This document shows, one piece after another, positions 18,791 to 28,130 of a DNA stretch of 64,000 nt. The DNA is from Flavisolibacter sp. (GTDB lineage: Bacteria; Bacteroidota; Bacteroidia; Chitinophagales; Chitinophagaceae). The position numbers were made by a program, and so were the translations under genes. The stretch lies in NCBI GenBank assembly GCA_035645595.1, contig DASQMG010000322.1:2041-66040 (forward strand), written 5' to 3'. Within the stretch, counting starts at the first letter, position 1, and each line of letters starts with the position of its first letter. The notes under the pieces are model-generated. The model saw only the letters and a list, made by a program, of their open reading frames with translations, was not told the origin of the DNA and made no database searches.

Positions 18791-19393
18791 ATGAAACAAT
18801 TCTTTCTTTTTGCTTTGCTATCTGGCAGCCTTGCCGGCCTTTGCCAATCAACAGCTACTACAGCGGCAACTACAACTACAGTACCCACATTAAAACTGCC
18901 CGGCATTGATAAATCGCCAATGGATATGGCCTACTTTCCTGTTAATTACCCGGTATTAAAAATTCAGGATAAAGCCTCCGAGCCTTTAGTAGCCAGGGTT
19001 ATCTATAGTCGCCCGCAAAAAGCAGGGAGGGCGGTCTTTGGTAGCTTAATTGAGTATGGAAAAGTTTGGCGCTTAGGTGCTAACGAGGCTACAGAAGTTG
19101 AGCTATACCGTGATGTAAAAATTAAGGATAAGAAGCTGGCCAAAGGGCGTTATACTTTATATGCCATTCCTACTGCTACACAATGGACGCTTATTTTTAA
19201 TAAAGACACTGATATCTGGGGGGCTTTTAAATACGATGAAAGTAAAGATGTTTTGCGTGTAGATGTCCCGGTGCAAAAGAGTACTGCGGTTGCCGAAGCA
19301 TTCTCTATTCAATTTTTAAAATCAGCAGCGGGTGCCGATATGGTAATGGCCTGGGATGAGGCGATGGTTACACTGCCGGTTAGCTTGAAATAA
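18791..19393 (+). CDS. DUF2911 domain secreted protein
   Basis: YSRPQKAGR.VFG.LI.YGKVWRLGANEAT, GRYTLYAIP, WGAF.YD. Confidence 0.9.
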   Translation: MKQFFLFALLSGSLAGLCQSTATTAATTTTVPTLKLPGIDKSPMDMAYFPVNYPVLKIQDKASEPLVARVIYSRPQKAGRAVFGSLIEYGKVWRLGANEATEVELYRDVKIKDKKLAKGRYTLYAIPTATQWTLIFNKDTDIWGAFKYDESKDVLRVDVPVQKSTAVAEAFSIQFLKSAAGADMVMAWDEAMVTLPVSLK

Positions 19394-19411
19394 CTGAACA
19401 AGAAAATTTCT

Positions 19412-19436
19412 ACCCTGCATTACGGCAGGGTTTTTT
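19412..19436 (+). terminator. Intrinsic terminator
   Basis: ACCCTGC-attacg-GCAGGGTTTTTT. Confidence 0.8.
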
Positions 19437-19672
19437 ATTCCTGTGCTTTTGCGCAGATGACTCAATAAAAGTTTAATCTGGCTATACTAAAAATGGAATA
19501 CAGGGCAGGTATGTTTTTATCACTGGTGTATAGTATTACCTCTAAGCTGTTTTTTGCGGCTTATACTGACTTGTTTCATGGCAGTTTATGTGTTGTATAA
19601 GTAACAGGCAAAAAGAATAACTCAAATTCATCTCTACTAAGTATAGTAGTTGTTGGTTTTAAAACAGGAGCA

Positions 19673-20266
19673 ATGGCATTAACTATCAGGCAACGGATAC
19701 TGAAAATAATTTATCCTCTTTTAACCCTGCTTGGGAAAGCAACAGCCAAAGGAAAAATCAGGAGTAACAAACAACGGCTCACACCACAAATTCCATTCTA
19801 TTCCATCCCATTACAGCTTACGAATGGCAAGGCCTTGCCGCTTGAAATGGTAAAAGGAAAAAAAATTCTCATAGTGAATACAGCAAGCAATTGCGGCTAT
19901 ACTGCACAATATGCCGAGTTGCAAAAACTGTATTTGCATGCAAAAGAAGATTTAGAGATTATTGGTTTCCCAGCCAATGATTTTAAAGAGCAGGAAAGCG
20001 GAAGCGATGAAGAGATTGCACAATTCTGTTCGCTAAATTTTGGTGTTAGCTTTCCGCTTGCAAAAAAAAGCAGCGTAGTAAAATCTGCAACACAGCATCC
20101 AATTTTTATCTGGCTCAGCCACAAAGAAAAAAACGGCTGGAACGATCAGCAGCCCGAATGGAACTTTTCAAAATACCTGTTGAACGAGGAGGGTATCCTT
20201 ACCCATTATTTTCCACCATCAGTCTCGCCGCTAAGTACAGAAATGCTTACGGCAATCAACCAGTAA
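19673..20266 (+). CDS. Glutathione peroxidase (Cys-type)
   Basis: VNTASNCGYT.QY, GFPANDF..QE, WNFSKYL. Confidence 0.93.
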   Translation: MALTIRQRILKIIYPLLTLLGKATAKGKIRSNKQRLTPQIPFYSIPLQLTNGKALPLEMVKGKKILIVNTASNCGYTAQYAELQKLYLHAKEDLEIIGFPANDFKEQESGSDEEIAQFCSLNFGVSFPLAKKSSVVKSATQHPIFIWLSHKEKNGWNDQQPEWNFSKYLLNEEGILTHYFPPSVSPLSTEMLTAINQ

Positions 20267-20301
20267 ATCAGACCCATTAACCCGGTATAACTTTGCTTTA
20301 C

Positions 20302-21252
20302 ATGAAAGCCTTAACCTTCGCGCAGTTTGGTGGCCCCGATGTTTTAGAATATAAAGAAGTGCCCGAACCCATTTTAAAAGACGGTGAAGTTTTGGTAGCG
20401 CTGAAGGCTATCGGGTTGAATTATGCCGATGTATATCGTCGCCAGGGCAACTATCACCTTACCGGGAACCCGCCTTACATAAATGGGTACGAAGGTGCCG
20501 GAGTTATAGCAGATGCTAACGGAGTTAATGATGTTTATACCGGCGACAGGGTAGCTTTTGCCGATGTACCGTTTGCCAATGCTGAACTGATTGCCGTTTC
20601 CTATGAACACCTGATTCCGCTGCCGGAAGCCATCTCATTTGAAGTGGCAGCCAGTAGTTTGCTGCAAGGGTTAACCGCCCAGTATCTTACCACCGATAGC
20701 TATAAAATAAAAAGCGAAGAAACCGTGTTGATTCATGCCTGTGCCGGCGGTGTGGGGCAGTTATTAATACAAATTTGTAAAGCCAAGGATCTGCAGGTAA
20801 TAGGCTTAACATCATCGGATGAAAAAAGAGGTATAGCATTAGAAGCAGGCGCCGATGAAGTCTGGTTATACAAGGAAGATTGGGCAAACAAATTGAAAAC
20901 TAAAAATATTGCAGTAGTATACGAGTCGGTAGGTAGTACGCTGCTAAAAAGCTTAAATGTGGTACAGGAGGGCGGTACCGTGGTTTTTTTTGGATTTGCC
21001 GGTGGAACCCCGCCTCCTATAGACCCCCGCCTGTTGATGGATGGCTCTAAAACACTGACTGGTGGCGACCTGTGGACGTATTTAAATTCAAAAGAAGAAC
21101 GTATTAGTCGCAGCAGTATCTTGTTTGATTACATAGAGCGGGGCATAATTTCGGTAGCGCCTTCTGCGACATTTGCATTAGAGGATGGTGCAGAGGCACA
21201 TCGTTTTTTAGAGAGCAGGAATAGCACAGGTAAAATCATTTTAATTCCGTAA
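20302..21252 (+). CDS. NADPH:quinone oxidoreductase (MDR family)
   Basis: FGGPDVL, GLNYAD, HACAGGVG, STGKIIL. TAACTTTG at 20288-20295 supports the ATG 20302 start. Confidence 0.9.
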   Translation: MKALTFAQFGGPDVLEYKEVPEPILKDGEVLVALKAIGLNYADVYRRQGNYHLTGNPPYINGYEGAGVIADANGVNDVYTGDRVAFADVPFANAELIAVSYEHLIPLPEAISFEVAASSLLQGLTAQYLTTDSYKIKSEETVLIHACAGGVGQLLIQICKAKDLQVIGLTSSDEKRGIALEAGADEVWLYKEDWANKLKTKNIAVVYESVGSTLLKSLNVVQEGGTVVFFGFAGGTPPPIDPRLLMDGSKTLTGGDLWTYLNSKEERISRSSILFDYIERGIISVAPSATFALEDGAEAHRFLESRNSTGKIILIP

Positions 21253-21262
21253 ACGTATTAAG

Positions 21263-21502
21263 ATGAGTTTGAGCGACTGGATAGGAACAGGAGGTGTATT
21301 TCTTATTTTAACCGCCTATTTTTTTAGCACATTTAAGTTGATGTCTTCGCAAAGCAGGATATTTTTTGCACTCAATACTATTGGCGCTGCCATGAGTTGT
21401 TACGCCTCTTACCTTATTGAATACTGGCCCTTTGCTGTGCTGGAAGGCACATGGACAATTGTATCATTGATTGGATGGATAAGAGCAAAAGAACAAAAAT
21501 GA
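21263..21502 (+). CDS. CBU_0592-like small membrane protein
   Basis: 79 aa, three hydrophobic segments, DWIG..G..LIL.AY..LN.IGA..WPF..LE..W. Confidence 0.75.
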   Translation: MSLSDWIGTGGVFLILTAYFFSTFKLMSSQSRIFFALNTIGAAMSCYASYLIEYWPFAVLEGTWTIVSLIGWIRAKEQK

Positions 21503-22155
21503 ATGTTTATTTCATAAGCGGTTTAGGTGCAGACAAGCGTGCCTTTGAGCGAATACATCTCTCCAGGAAGTATTCTATTCATCACTTGCCGTGGTTGAGG
21601 CCATTAAAAAACGAAACATTATGCAGCTATGCCAAAAGGCTGGCTGCACCGGTTGATGTAACTAAACCTTTCGCACTGGTTGGTTTATCCATGGGAGGTA
21701 TGATAGCGGCAGCCATGAATGATTTTCTTCAACCAGAAAAAACAATTCTTATTTCAAGTGCAGGCAGCCCTACAGAGTTGCCCTCTTACTTTACATGGTG
21801 CGGACGGCTGCTGTTGCATAATCTAATTCCTGTTCATTTATTAAATAAACCCAATGTACTTGCTTATTGGCTGTTTGGAGCAAAAAGTGAAACCGAAAAA
21901 AAGCTTATGAGCCGCATCATTACAGAAGGCGATGCTGCTTTTATTAAGTGGGGTATTGGCGCCATTCTCACATGGAAAGGGCCCCAAAAGCCAAAGAACA
22001 TTTTTCATATACATGGCGAGAACGATAAAATTTTACCGCTACGATATACAAAGCCTGATGTGGTGATAAAAGCCGGTTCTCATTTTATGGTATGGACAAA
22101 GGCTGGCGAAGTATCACGATTGTTACAAAATGCATTAGATATATCGGCCCCTTGA
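21499..22155 (+). CDS. Alpha/beta hydrolase
   Basis: YFISGLGAD, GLSMGG, HIHG..D..P, GSHFM. ATGA overlap with the upstream stop. Confidence 0.85.
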   Translation: MNVYFISGLGADKRAFERIHLSRKYSIHHLPWLRPLKNETLCSYAKRLAAPVDVTKPFALVGLSMGGMIAAAMNDFLQPEKTILISSAGSPTELPSYFTWCGRLLLHNLIPVHLLNKPNVLAYWLFGAKSETEKKLMSRIITEGDAAFIKWGIGAILTWKGPQKPKNIFHIHGENDKILPLRYTKPDVVIKAGSHFMVWTKAGEVSRLLQNALDISAP

Positions 22156-22184
22156 AAGCAACCAAACTACTCCCCAATCTTCCC

Positions 22185-22192
22185 TAATTTTG
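22185..22192 (+). promoter_or_regulatory. -7 element TAATTTTG for psd
   Basis: TAnnTTTG upstream of ATG 22209. Confidence 0.55.
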
Positions 22193-22208
22193 CCCTTTAA
22201 ATTTTTGC

Positions 22209-22865
22209 ATGAAGATTCATAAAGAAGGATACCCAACTATTATTATAAGCACTGTGGTTGTGGCCGTGATTATTTTGCTCACCATGTTGCTGATCATGCC
22301 GGCTTATCCCGTTGTTGGATGGGTTTTGATAATGGCGATAGTTGGCCTGCTCATTTTTATTCTGTCCTTCTTCCGGATACCGGCACGAACCCATGCCGAA
22401 GGTGAAGAACTGGTGGTTGCCCCCTGCGATGGCACAGTGGTGGTAATGGAGGAAGTGGAAGCCGATGAATATTTTAAGGACAGGAGGTTGCAGCTTTCTA
22501 TTTTTATGAGCCCCTTGAATGTACACGTTAACCGTAACCCGGTGAGCGGGGAGGTGCAGTACAGCCAATACCACAAAGGAAAATACCTGGTAGCCTGGCA
22601 TCCAAAATCTTCTACAGAAAACGAACGGCATTCCGTAGTTTACAAAAGTGGCAACAAAGAAGTTTTGGTAAAACAAATTGCAGGAGCCCTCGCCAAGCGC
22701 ATTGTAAATTATTTAAAGCCCGGCGATAAGGTTCAGATGGGAAGCGAGATGGGTTTTATTAAATTTGGCTCCCGTGTTGATTTGCTACTGCCATTAGATA
22801 CAAAAATTGAAGTAAAGCTCAACCAGAAGGTAAAAGGCGGTGTAACAGTTTTGGCAAAATGGTAG
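22209..22865 (+). CDS. psd: Phosphatidylserine decarboxylase proenzyme
   Basis: FFR.P, APCDG, IFMSPLNVHVNR, NER, FGSRVD autocleavage motif. Confidence 0.95.
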   Translation: MKIHKEGYPTIIISTVVVAVIILLTMLLIMPAYPVVGWVLIMAIVGLLIFILSFFRIPARTHAEGEELVVAPCDGTVVVMEEVEADEYFKDRRLQLSIFMSPLNVHVNRNPVSGEVQYSQYHKGKYLVAWHPKSSTENERHSVVYKSGNKEVLVKQIAGALAKRIVNYLKPGDKVQMGSEMGFIKFGSRVDLLLPLDTKIEVKLNQKVKGGVTVLAKW

Positions 22866-22911
22866 GCTGATTGCAGAAATGGTTTTAACTTGTATATTCA
22901 AATCATAGGTT

Positions 22912-23073
22912 ATGAAAAAGTATTTACTTGTGTTTCTTGCCCTGCTGCTTACCGCCGCTGTAGTAACGGCCACGGTGTTAAACAGTGATAAAAAAGTAAC
23001 AGCTAAAAACAAGACGGAAAAACCCGTTAAAAAATCCGGCTGTCAAAGGCTATTTAAGCTCACCTGCTATTAA
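22912..23073 (+). CDS. Small secreted/membrane-anchored peptide (53 aa), not in the ORF track
   Basis: MKKYLLVFLALLLTAAVVTATVLNSDKKVTAKNKTEKPVKKSGCQRLFKLTCY*, followed immediately by a terminator. Confidence 0.65.
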   Translation: MKKYLLVFLALLLTAAVVTATVLNSDKKVTAKNKTEKPVKKSGCQRLFKLTCY

Positions 23074-23078
23074 CCTGG

Positions 23079-23107
23079 AAGCCCTTGCACTATGTGAGGG
23101 CTTTTTT
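23079..23107. terminator. Intrinsic terminator
   Basis: AAGCCCTTGCAC-tat-GTGAGGGCTTTTTT. Confidence 0.75.
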
Positions 23108-23801
23108 ATAAAAACGTTTTTAGTTCCTTCAGGTGGTTGATGGTATAGGTAGGTTTTATACCTTGCTCCAAGCCATTATAATTTACATGTACCGCATCCA
23201 TGCCAATGGCTAAAGCGCCTGCTACATCTACATCCGGCGTGTCGCCAATCATTAAGCTTTCTTCCACCCTGGCGCCGGTTTTATTCAGCGCATATTCAAA
23301 AATTTCTTTTTGCGGTTTTAAGCTGTTGCTGCATTCTGAGGTAACCACTACTTTGAAAAACTCGTCTAAACCCGAGCTTTTTAATTTACTATGCTGTGTT
23401 TCTTCAAAACCATTAGTAATAAGGTGCAGGCCATAACTTTTATTTCTGAGGTATTGTAAAACATCTATCGTATCGGGAAAGAGGATAGTTCTCGTTGGCA
23501 GTAACTGCAAAAACAGTTCGCTCATCTGGCGGGCTAAAGCTTCATCGGCAATTTTAAAATCCAGTAGCGCCAGCCACATTCTTTTTAAGCGCAACTCGTC
23601 TTGTTTAATGTGGCCTTTGCGATACTTAGCCCAAAGTTTTTCGTTATGTGCCAAATAATTTCTGTAAAACAAATCAAAATCATGAATGCCTCTTTCCGGC
23701 AGCTTCAAATCAATATGTAGTTGTGAAAGAGTAATTCTTGCGTTCGCATCAAAATCCCAAAGGGTATGGTCGAGGTCAAAAAAAAGGTGTTTGTATTTCA
23801 T
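23106..23801 (-). CDS. yjjG: YjjG-family HAD pyrimidine nucleotidase
   Basis: FFDLDHTLWDF, ITNGF, KP..IF, MIGD..D. Confidence 0.9.
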   Translation of the reverse strand: MKYKHLFFDLDHTLWDFDANARITLSQLHIDLKLPERGIHDFDLFYRNYLAHNEKLWAKYRKGHIKQDELRLKRMWLALLDFKIADEALARQMSELFLQLLPTRTILFPDTIDVLQYLRNKSYGLHLITNGFEETQHSKLKSSGLDEFFKVVVTSECSNSLKPQKEIFEYALNKTGARVEESLMIGDTPDVDVAGALAIGMDAVHVNYNGLEQGIKPTYTINHLKELKTFL

Positions 23802-23849
23802 GTAAGTGCCAGCCTGTAGTTTTGTAAAACATCAAAAATAGGGAACAAT

Positions 23850-24551
23850 ATGAATGCTGTTATTACCGGGGCTTCCCGGGGAATAGGAAAAGCGCTGGCG
23901 CAGATCTTCGCCTTGCATGGCTATAATCTTTTACTCTGCTCAAAAACCGAAAGTCATCTGTTGCAAACCATCGAAGAATTAAAAACAGCTTACCCAAATG
24001 TTTCTGTTGATGGTAAGGCGTTGGATATAGGTAACAAAACAGAAGCGGCTCTTTTTGGTGGATGGGTACTTAACAATACCGATTCAGTTGATGTGCTCAT
24101 CAACAATGCAGGAACTTTTATACAAGGCAATGTTACAGATGAGAGCGATGGTGCTTTAGAACAAATGCTGAACGTAAATCTTTACAGCGCCTACTACACC
24201 ACCAGAGCCGTTGTTCCACGTATGAAGTCGCAACATAGCGGGCATATATTTACTATCTGCTCCATTGCAAGTTTGGCGGCTTATCCCGGAGGCGGTGCCT
24301 ACAGCATCAGCAAATTTGCCTTGCTTGGCTTCACCAAAAATTTACGGCAGGAGCTTAAAGAACATGGCATTAAAGTAACCGCCGTAATACCGGGTGCCGT
24401 TTATACCGATAGCTGGAAAGGCAGTGGTGTAGCAGAGGAACGAATTATGGAAGCAGAGGATATAGCCAAAACAATTTTTGCCGCTTCGCAATTATCGCCG
24501 CAGGCAGTTGTAGAGGAAATTGTGCTGCGCCCACAGTTGGGCGATCTGTAA
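23850..24551 (+). CDS. SDR family oxidoreductase
   Basis: ITGASRGIG, LINNAG, YSISK. Confidence 0.92.
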   Translation: MNAVITGASRGIGKALAQIFALHGYNLLLCSKTESHLLQTIEELKTAYPNVSVDGKALDIGNKTEAALFGGWVLNNTDSVDVLINNAGTFIQGNVTDESDGALEQMLNVNLYSAYYTTRAVVPRMKSQHSGHIFTICSIASLAAYPGGGAYSISKFALLGFTKNLRQELKEHGIKVTAVIPGAVYTDSWKGSGVAEERIMEAEDIAKTIFAASQLSPQAVVEEIVLRPQLGDL

Positions 24552-24618
24552 ACTATAATTTGTGGAAACGAAGAAATAGTTCCTGTTTTTTGAGCCAGGC
24601 CGACGGGAGGATTGTTTA

Positions 24619-24641
24619 GCTTTTGTTGCGTCGCACACTTC
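24619..24641 (+). repeat. Dispersed GTTGCGTCGCAC repeat, copy 1
   Basis: GCTTTTGTTGCGTCGCACACTTC. Confidence 0.8.
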
Positions 24642-24779
24642 AGGGTTGTAATCGCTATTGTGCAAAATACAAAACAGCCAATTAAGCTACTACCGGCAAG
24701 GATACGGGCTAGCTGTCCTGGCGGTTGCCTACTCAAAAACGCTGGGCCACTTTTTGTAGTAGTTATAAAAACAGTTTTT

Positions 24780-25001
24780 ATGAGTACAAATAACAATAAT
24801 CCATCTTCTAACCAGCAGGAACACTCCCACCAGGAGGGCCAAATGAATAACATAGCACCTCAGCAAGGCGGCGCCGGCCAAAAAGAAAGCACCAATAATT
24901 CGCATGGCATGAGCGAGATGATGAATGAAAGCGAAGAGCAAAAAGCCGGAAGGGCGCATGGTCAGAAAGATGAAAGCGGTGTACAGCAGGAACAGAGGTA
25001 G
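24780..25001 (+). CDS. Small hydrophilic disordered protein (73 aa)
   Basis: MSTNNNNPSSNQQEHSHQEGQ.., Q/N/E/G/S-rich; A-rich leader; terminator follows. Confidence 0.65.
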   Translation: MSTNNNNPSSNQQEHSHQEGQMNNIAPQQGGAGQKESTNNSHGMSEMMNESEEQKAGRAHGQKDESGVQQEQR

Positions 25002-25049
25002 TCGTAACAAAAATAGTTTGCAGTTAATAATTGAGGTACATTTTCATTG

Positions 25050-25079
25050 AAAAAGCTGTGGTAATTTCCACAGCTTTTT
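25050..25079. terminator. Bidirectional terminator
   Basis: AAAAAGCTGTGG-taattt-CCACAGCTTTTT. Confidence 0.85.
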
Positions 25080-25124
25080 AATGTGTTAGTAGAAGTCAAC
25101 CTCTCTATTCACCATTCCTCCTCC

Positions 25125-25793
25125 TTATTGCTTCACCAGTTTCATATCAGCCAGTTTTTTGTTTTCACCCTCAAGGGTAGCCTGCTGGTTAATCTGGTCT
25201 TGCTGATTCTTTTTTAAATCCTCTTGCAGCTTGGCAATTTTTTTACTCATATCTTTTTCATCATTTCTAAGGTCATTCAATTTTTTCTCTGCTTTCTTCA
25301 CCGTTTCTTCCTGTGACTTAATATCTAAAGTGTGCTTGTAAGTAGCCGTTTCAGAAACAAAGCCGTTTAAAAATTTTTGTGCCGCATTAAAAGTGGCAGG
25401 CTCCGACGCATCGGTAATAAAGTTATCGCTCCCCTTGCTGGTCATCATATAAATTACCGATTGGTTATCTTTTTTACTGCCCCGGCGTTCTACTTTAAAA
25501 TAAAGGTCGGCAAGGGCGGCCGTACCGCTATCCGGCCGTAAGGCTACTCCCTTAAATACATAATAACCATCCGCCTTGCTTTGCTTCCAAAAAAGGCTGC
25601 CTTTACTTTCCGGTTCGAAGCCTGTTTCTTTTAGCTTGGTTAATATAGTTCCTTCCGCTACCTCCTGGTTGTAAGGTACGTAAAGCAATAGGGCAGGTTT
25701 ATCAGCTTTATTAAATTTTACGGTAGTTGTTACCGATTGTGCGGCAGCGCTTATGCAAATTGTAAAAAGCAGCAGTAATAGGATAGTCTTCAT
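25125..25793 (-). CDS. Secreted hypothetical protein with C-terminal coiled coil
   Basis: Signal peptide; K/E/Q heptad-rich C-terminus. Confidence 0.75.
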   Translation of the reverse strand: MKTILLLLLFTICISAAAQSVTTTVKFNKADKPALLLYVPYNQEVAEGTILTKLKETGFEPESKGSLFWKQSKADGYYVFKGVALRPDSGTAALADLYFKVERRGSKKDNQSVIYMMTSKGSDNFITDASEPATFNAAQKFLNGFVSETATYKHTLDIKSQEETVKKAEKKLNDLRNDEKDMSKKIAKLQEDLKKNQQDQINQQATLEGENKKLADMKLVKQ

Positions 25794-25856
25794 TTATCAA
25801 TTTTGATGTAATATAAATTGTTTCCTGCTTGTGGTGTCAGGCGGCATTATGTCTTT

Positions 25857-26615
25857 CTAATGCATAGCTGTGTACAGGGGCGTTTTTATATCATGGTAAA
25901 ATAAAAATGTCCAGCCTTCTTTTGTTCCCCTTTCCCACCATTGGTGCCGCAATGCCATTGCTTTATCCGGCTCAAAGTCATATTTTGTTTTATAACGAAT
26001 CTTCATTTGTTGTAACTGTGGCGACACATCGCCACCGAAAAAAACTGTTTCATCTCCTTCCTTTATCCAAAATACCTGGTGGTGTGGAGAATGGCCGCCT
26101 GTATGTTCGTAGAAGATGTAGTCATCAATTACACCTTTGTCATCGTGCATAAAATGTACAAGATCGGAGTGCAGTAAAGGTTCTATTTCATCGGGAATAA
26201 ACGAAGGAGCCCCCCTGGTCCATGCAAAATCAAGCTCCCTTTTTTGCAGGTAATATTTTGCAGCCGGAAAGTTCATAACATCAGTTTTGCCAAATTTTTC
26301 AGTGGATGGGGATGCAATGCCACCCGCATGGTCTTTATGTAAATGCGTTAGTAAAACTTTTGTTACCTGCTCCGGTTTGTAACCTGCCGCTCTAATGTTT
26401 TCATAAATCTGTAAGCCGCCCATCGCGTTATTAAAACCAAGCCCGGTATCTAACAGCAAAACATCTTTCGATGTGATAACCAGGAAAGGTTGAATTTCCA
26501 CCAGCAGACTACCCGCCGGCCGCTCGTTCAATACATCGTTCTCCTCATCAAAAGGAATAAAGAGTTTTGTTTTATCTATGGTAAATGAACCTTCCGATAG
26601 CGGGATAATCTTCAT
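25857..26615 (-). CDS. MBL-fold metallo-hydrolase
   Basis: LLDTG, THLHKDHAGG, GHSPHH, GGD, FYHD. Start ATG 26615. Confidence 0.9.
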   Translation of the reverse strand: MKIIPLSEGSFTIDKTKLFIPFDEENDVLNERPAGSLLVEIQPFLVITSKDVLLLDTGLGFNNAMGGLQIYENIRAAGYKPEQVTKVLLTHLHKDHAGGIASPSTEKFGKTDVMNFPAAKYYLQKRELDFAWTRGAPSFIPDEIEPLLHSDLVHFMHDDKGVIDDYIFYEHTGGHSPHHQVFWIKEGDETVFFGGDVSPQLQQMKIRYKTKYDFEPDKAMALRHQWWERGTKEGWTFLFYHDIKTPLYTAMH

Positions 26616-26623
26616 AGCCAATT

Positions 26624-26783
26624 CTGACCCCGGCCCCTCAAGGGAGCGGCAGTACTGCAAGACCTCTTTGGAACGGGAATATTTTATGTTTTAAAATGGG
26701 CCAAAACTATGGCTTAAAATCAGATGCATTTCTTTTTTACAGGCTTTATGCCCTAATGTTCCCCTTGACGGGCCGGGAGTAAG
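26624..26783. repeat. Inverted REP-like doublet
   Basis: CTGACCCCGGCCCCTCAAGGGAG (26624-26646) and TTCCCCTTGACGGGCCGGGAGTAAG (26759-26783) are imperfect inverted copies. Confidence 0.6.
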
Positions 26784-26786
26784 AAA

Positions 26787-28130
26787 CTATCTCAACACCA
26801 TCTGCCTGTCCGCATCCAGCCGTATCAAAATAAATAGCAGGATAGAAAAAGTCAGGAGCGACGTTCCCCCATAGCTAATAAAAGGCAAAGGAATTCCAAT
26901 TACCGGCGCAAGGCCAATTGTCATACAGATATTAATAACGATGTGAAAGAAAAACACGGCTGCCACACCATACGCATAACAACGGCTGAACACACTTCGC
27001 TGGCGTTCGGCAACTGCAATAATCCGAAACAGGAGCAACAAATAAATAAGCAGCACTACTGTGGTGCCCACAAAACCAAAGCCCTCACCAATGGTGCAAA
27101 AAATAAAATCGGTGCGCTGCTCAGGCACAAACTCATAACGGGTTTGTGTGCCTTTTAATAAGCCTTTACCCAATACACCGCCAGAACCGATGGCAATCTT
27201 CGATTGCTTGACATTATAGTCCGTGTCCTTAGGTACGGCATTAGCTGTTTGTACAAATTCTTTTTTGTGTACTTGTATGTATTCTGTTGGTACTTCGCGG
27301 CCCACGGTGCTGTAAATCCGTTCTACCTGGTAAAGCTTCAGCATGTGCTTAAAAAAATAGGGCACACCCACGCCTACAAAACCCATTGCCAAAACCCATA
27401 TCATGATAACCGGAACAATTACATAAAAACGCCTCCGCTTGCGTTCCCACAAGATATAAGCGGTGATGAGCGCAATTGCCGAAAGCACAATCAGCAACAC
27501 ATTTCTATCCATTAATAAAGTACCAACAACAATTACAGCTACAACAAAACCGATGGCCAGTATTGTAGAAGGCAGGCCCTCACGGTACATCACCAAAAAG
27601 AAAGAAAAGTATACCAGGGCCAAACCGGTTTCGCTTTGCATGAGACTCATTATAGCCGGCAGCAAAGCAATAGCTGCAGCAATTAATTGCGAGCGGGTTT
27701 TGCTAAAATCCATGTTAGGCTGCGACAGGTATTTTGCAAGCGCCAGGCAAACACACACTTTACAAAACTCCGCTGGCTGAAACTGAAAGCCGCCAAAGCG
27801 AATGATGGATTCGGTACCTTTTACACGGGAGTGAAAAGGAAATACAAGCAGCAATAAAACAATACCCATGGCATACCATAAGTTAGCAGTAGCAGTAAAA
27901 AACTTACTGTCGGTAAGCAGGATAAAAATGCCCAGGGCAGCAGCAATACAAAAATAAATAAGCTGCTTGCTGTAATCGGTTTTAAAACCGAAAAAGGTAG
28001 AAACAATAGGATCGCCATCCTGGTAAGTAACCGCAAAAATTGCCATGATGCCAATGGCCACAAGCAGCAAATAAATCCAAACCAGGCTCCAATCCACTCC
28101 TTTTGAAATGCCTACTTCTTTCCGGCTCAT
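26787..28130 (-). CDS. rodA: Rod shape-determining protein RodA (SEDS)
   Basis: FQPAEFCK, YNVKQSKIAIGSGG, PEQRTDFIF, GIPLPFISYGGTS. ATGA overlap with mrdA. Confidence 0.95.
   Translation of the reverse strand: MSRKEVGISKGVDWSLVWIYLLLVAIGIMAIFAVTYQDGDPIVSTFFGFKTDYSKQLIYFCIAAALGIFILLTDSKFFTATANLWYAMGIVLLLLVFPFHSRVKGTESIIRFGGFQFQPAEFCKVCVCLALAKYLSQPNMDFSKTRSQLIAAAIALLPAIMSLMQSETGLALVYFSFFLVMYREGLPSTILAIGFVVAVIVVGTLLMDRNVLLIVLSAIALITAYILWERKRRRFYVIVPVIMIWVLAMGFVGVGVPYFFKHMLKLYQVERIYSTVGREVPTEYIQVHKKEFVQTANAVPKDTDYNVKQSKIAIGSGGVLGKGLLKGTQTRYEFVPEQRTDFIFCTIGEGFGFVGTTVVLLIYLLLLFRIIAVAERQRSVFSRCYAYGVAAVFFFHIVINICMTIGLAPVIGIPLPFISYGGTSLLTFSILLFILIRLDADRQMVLR

Noticed and set aside
19673-20266. Selenocysteine in glutathione peroxidase
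   Set aside because: The active-site codon is TGC (Cys).
24743-24758. Sigma-54-like promoter TGGGCCACTTTTTGTA
   Set aside because: The spacing fits but the match to TGGCAC-N5-TTGC is weak.
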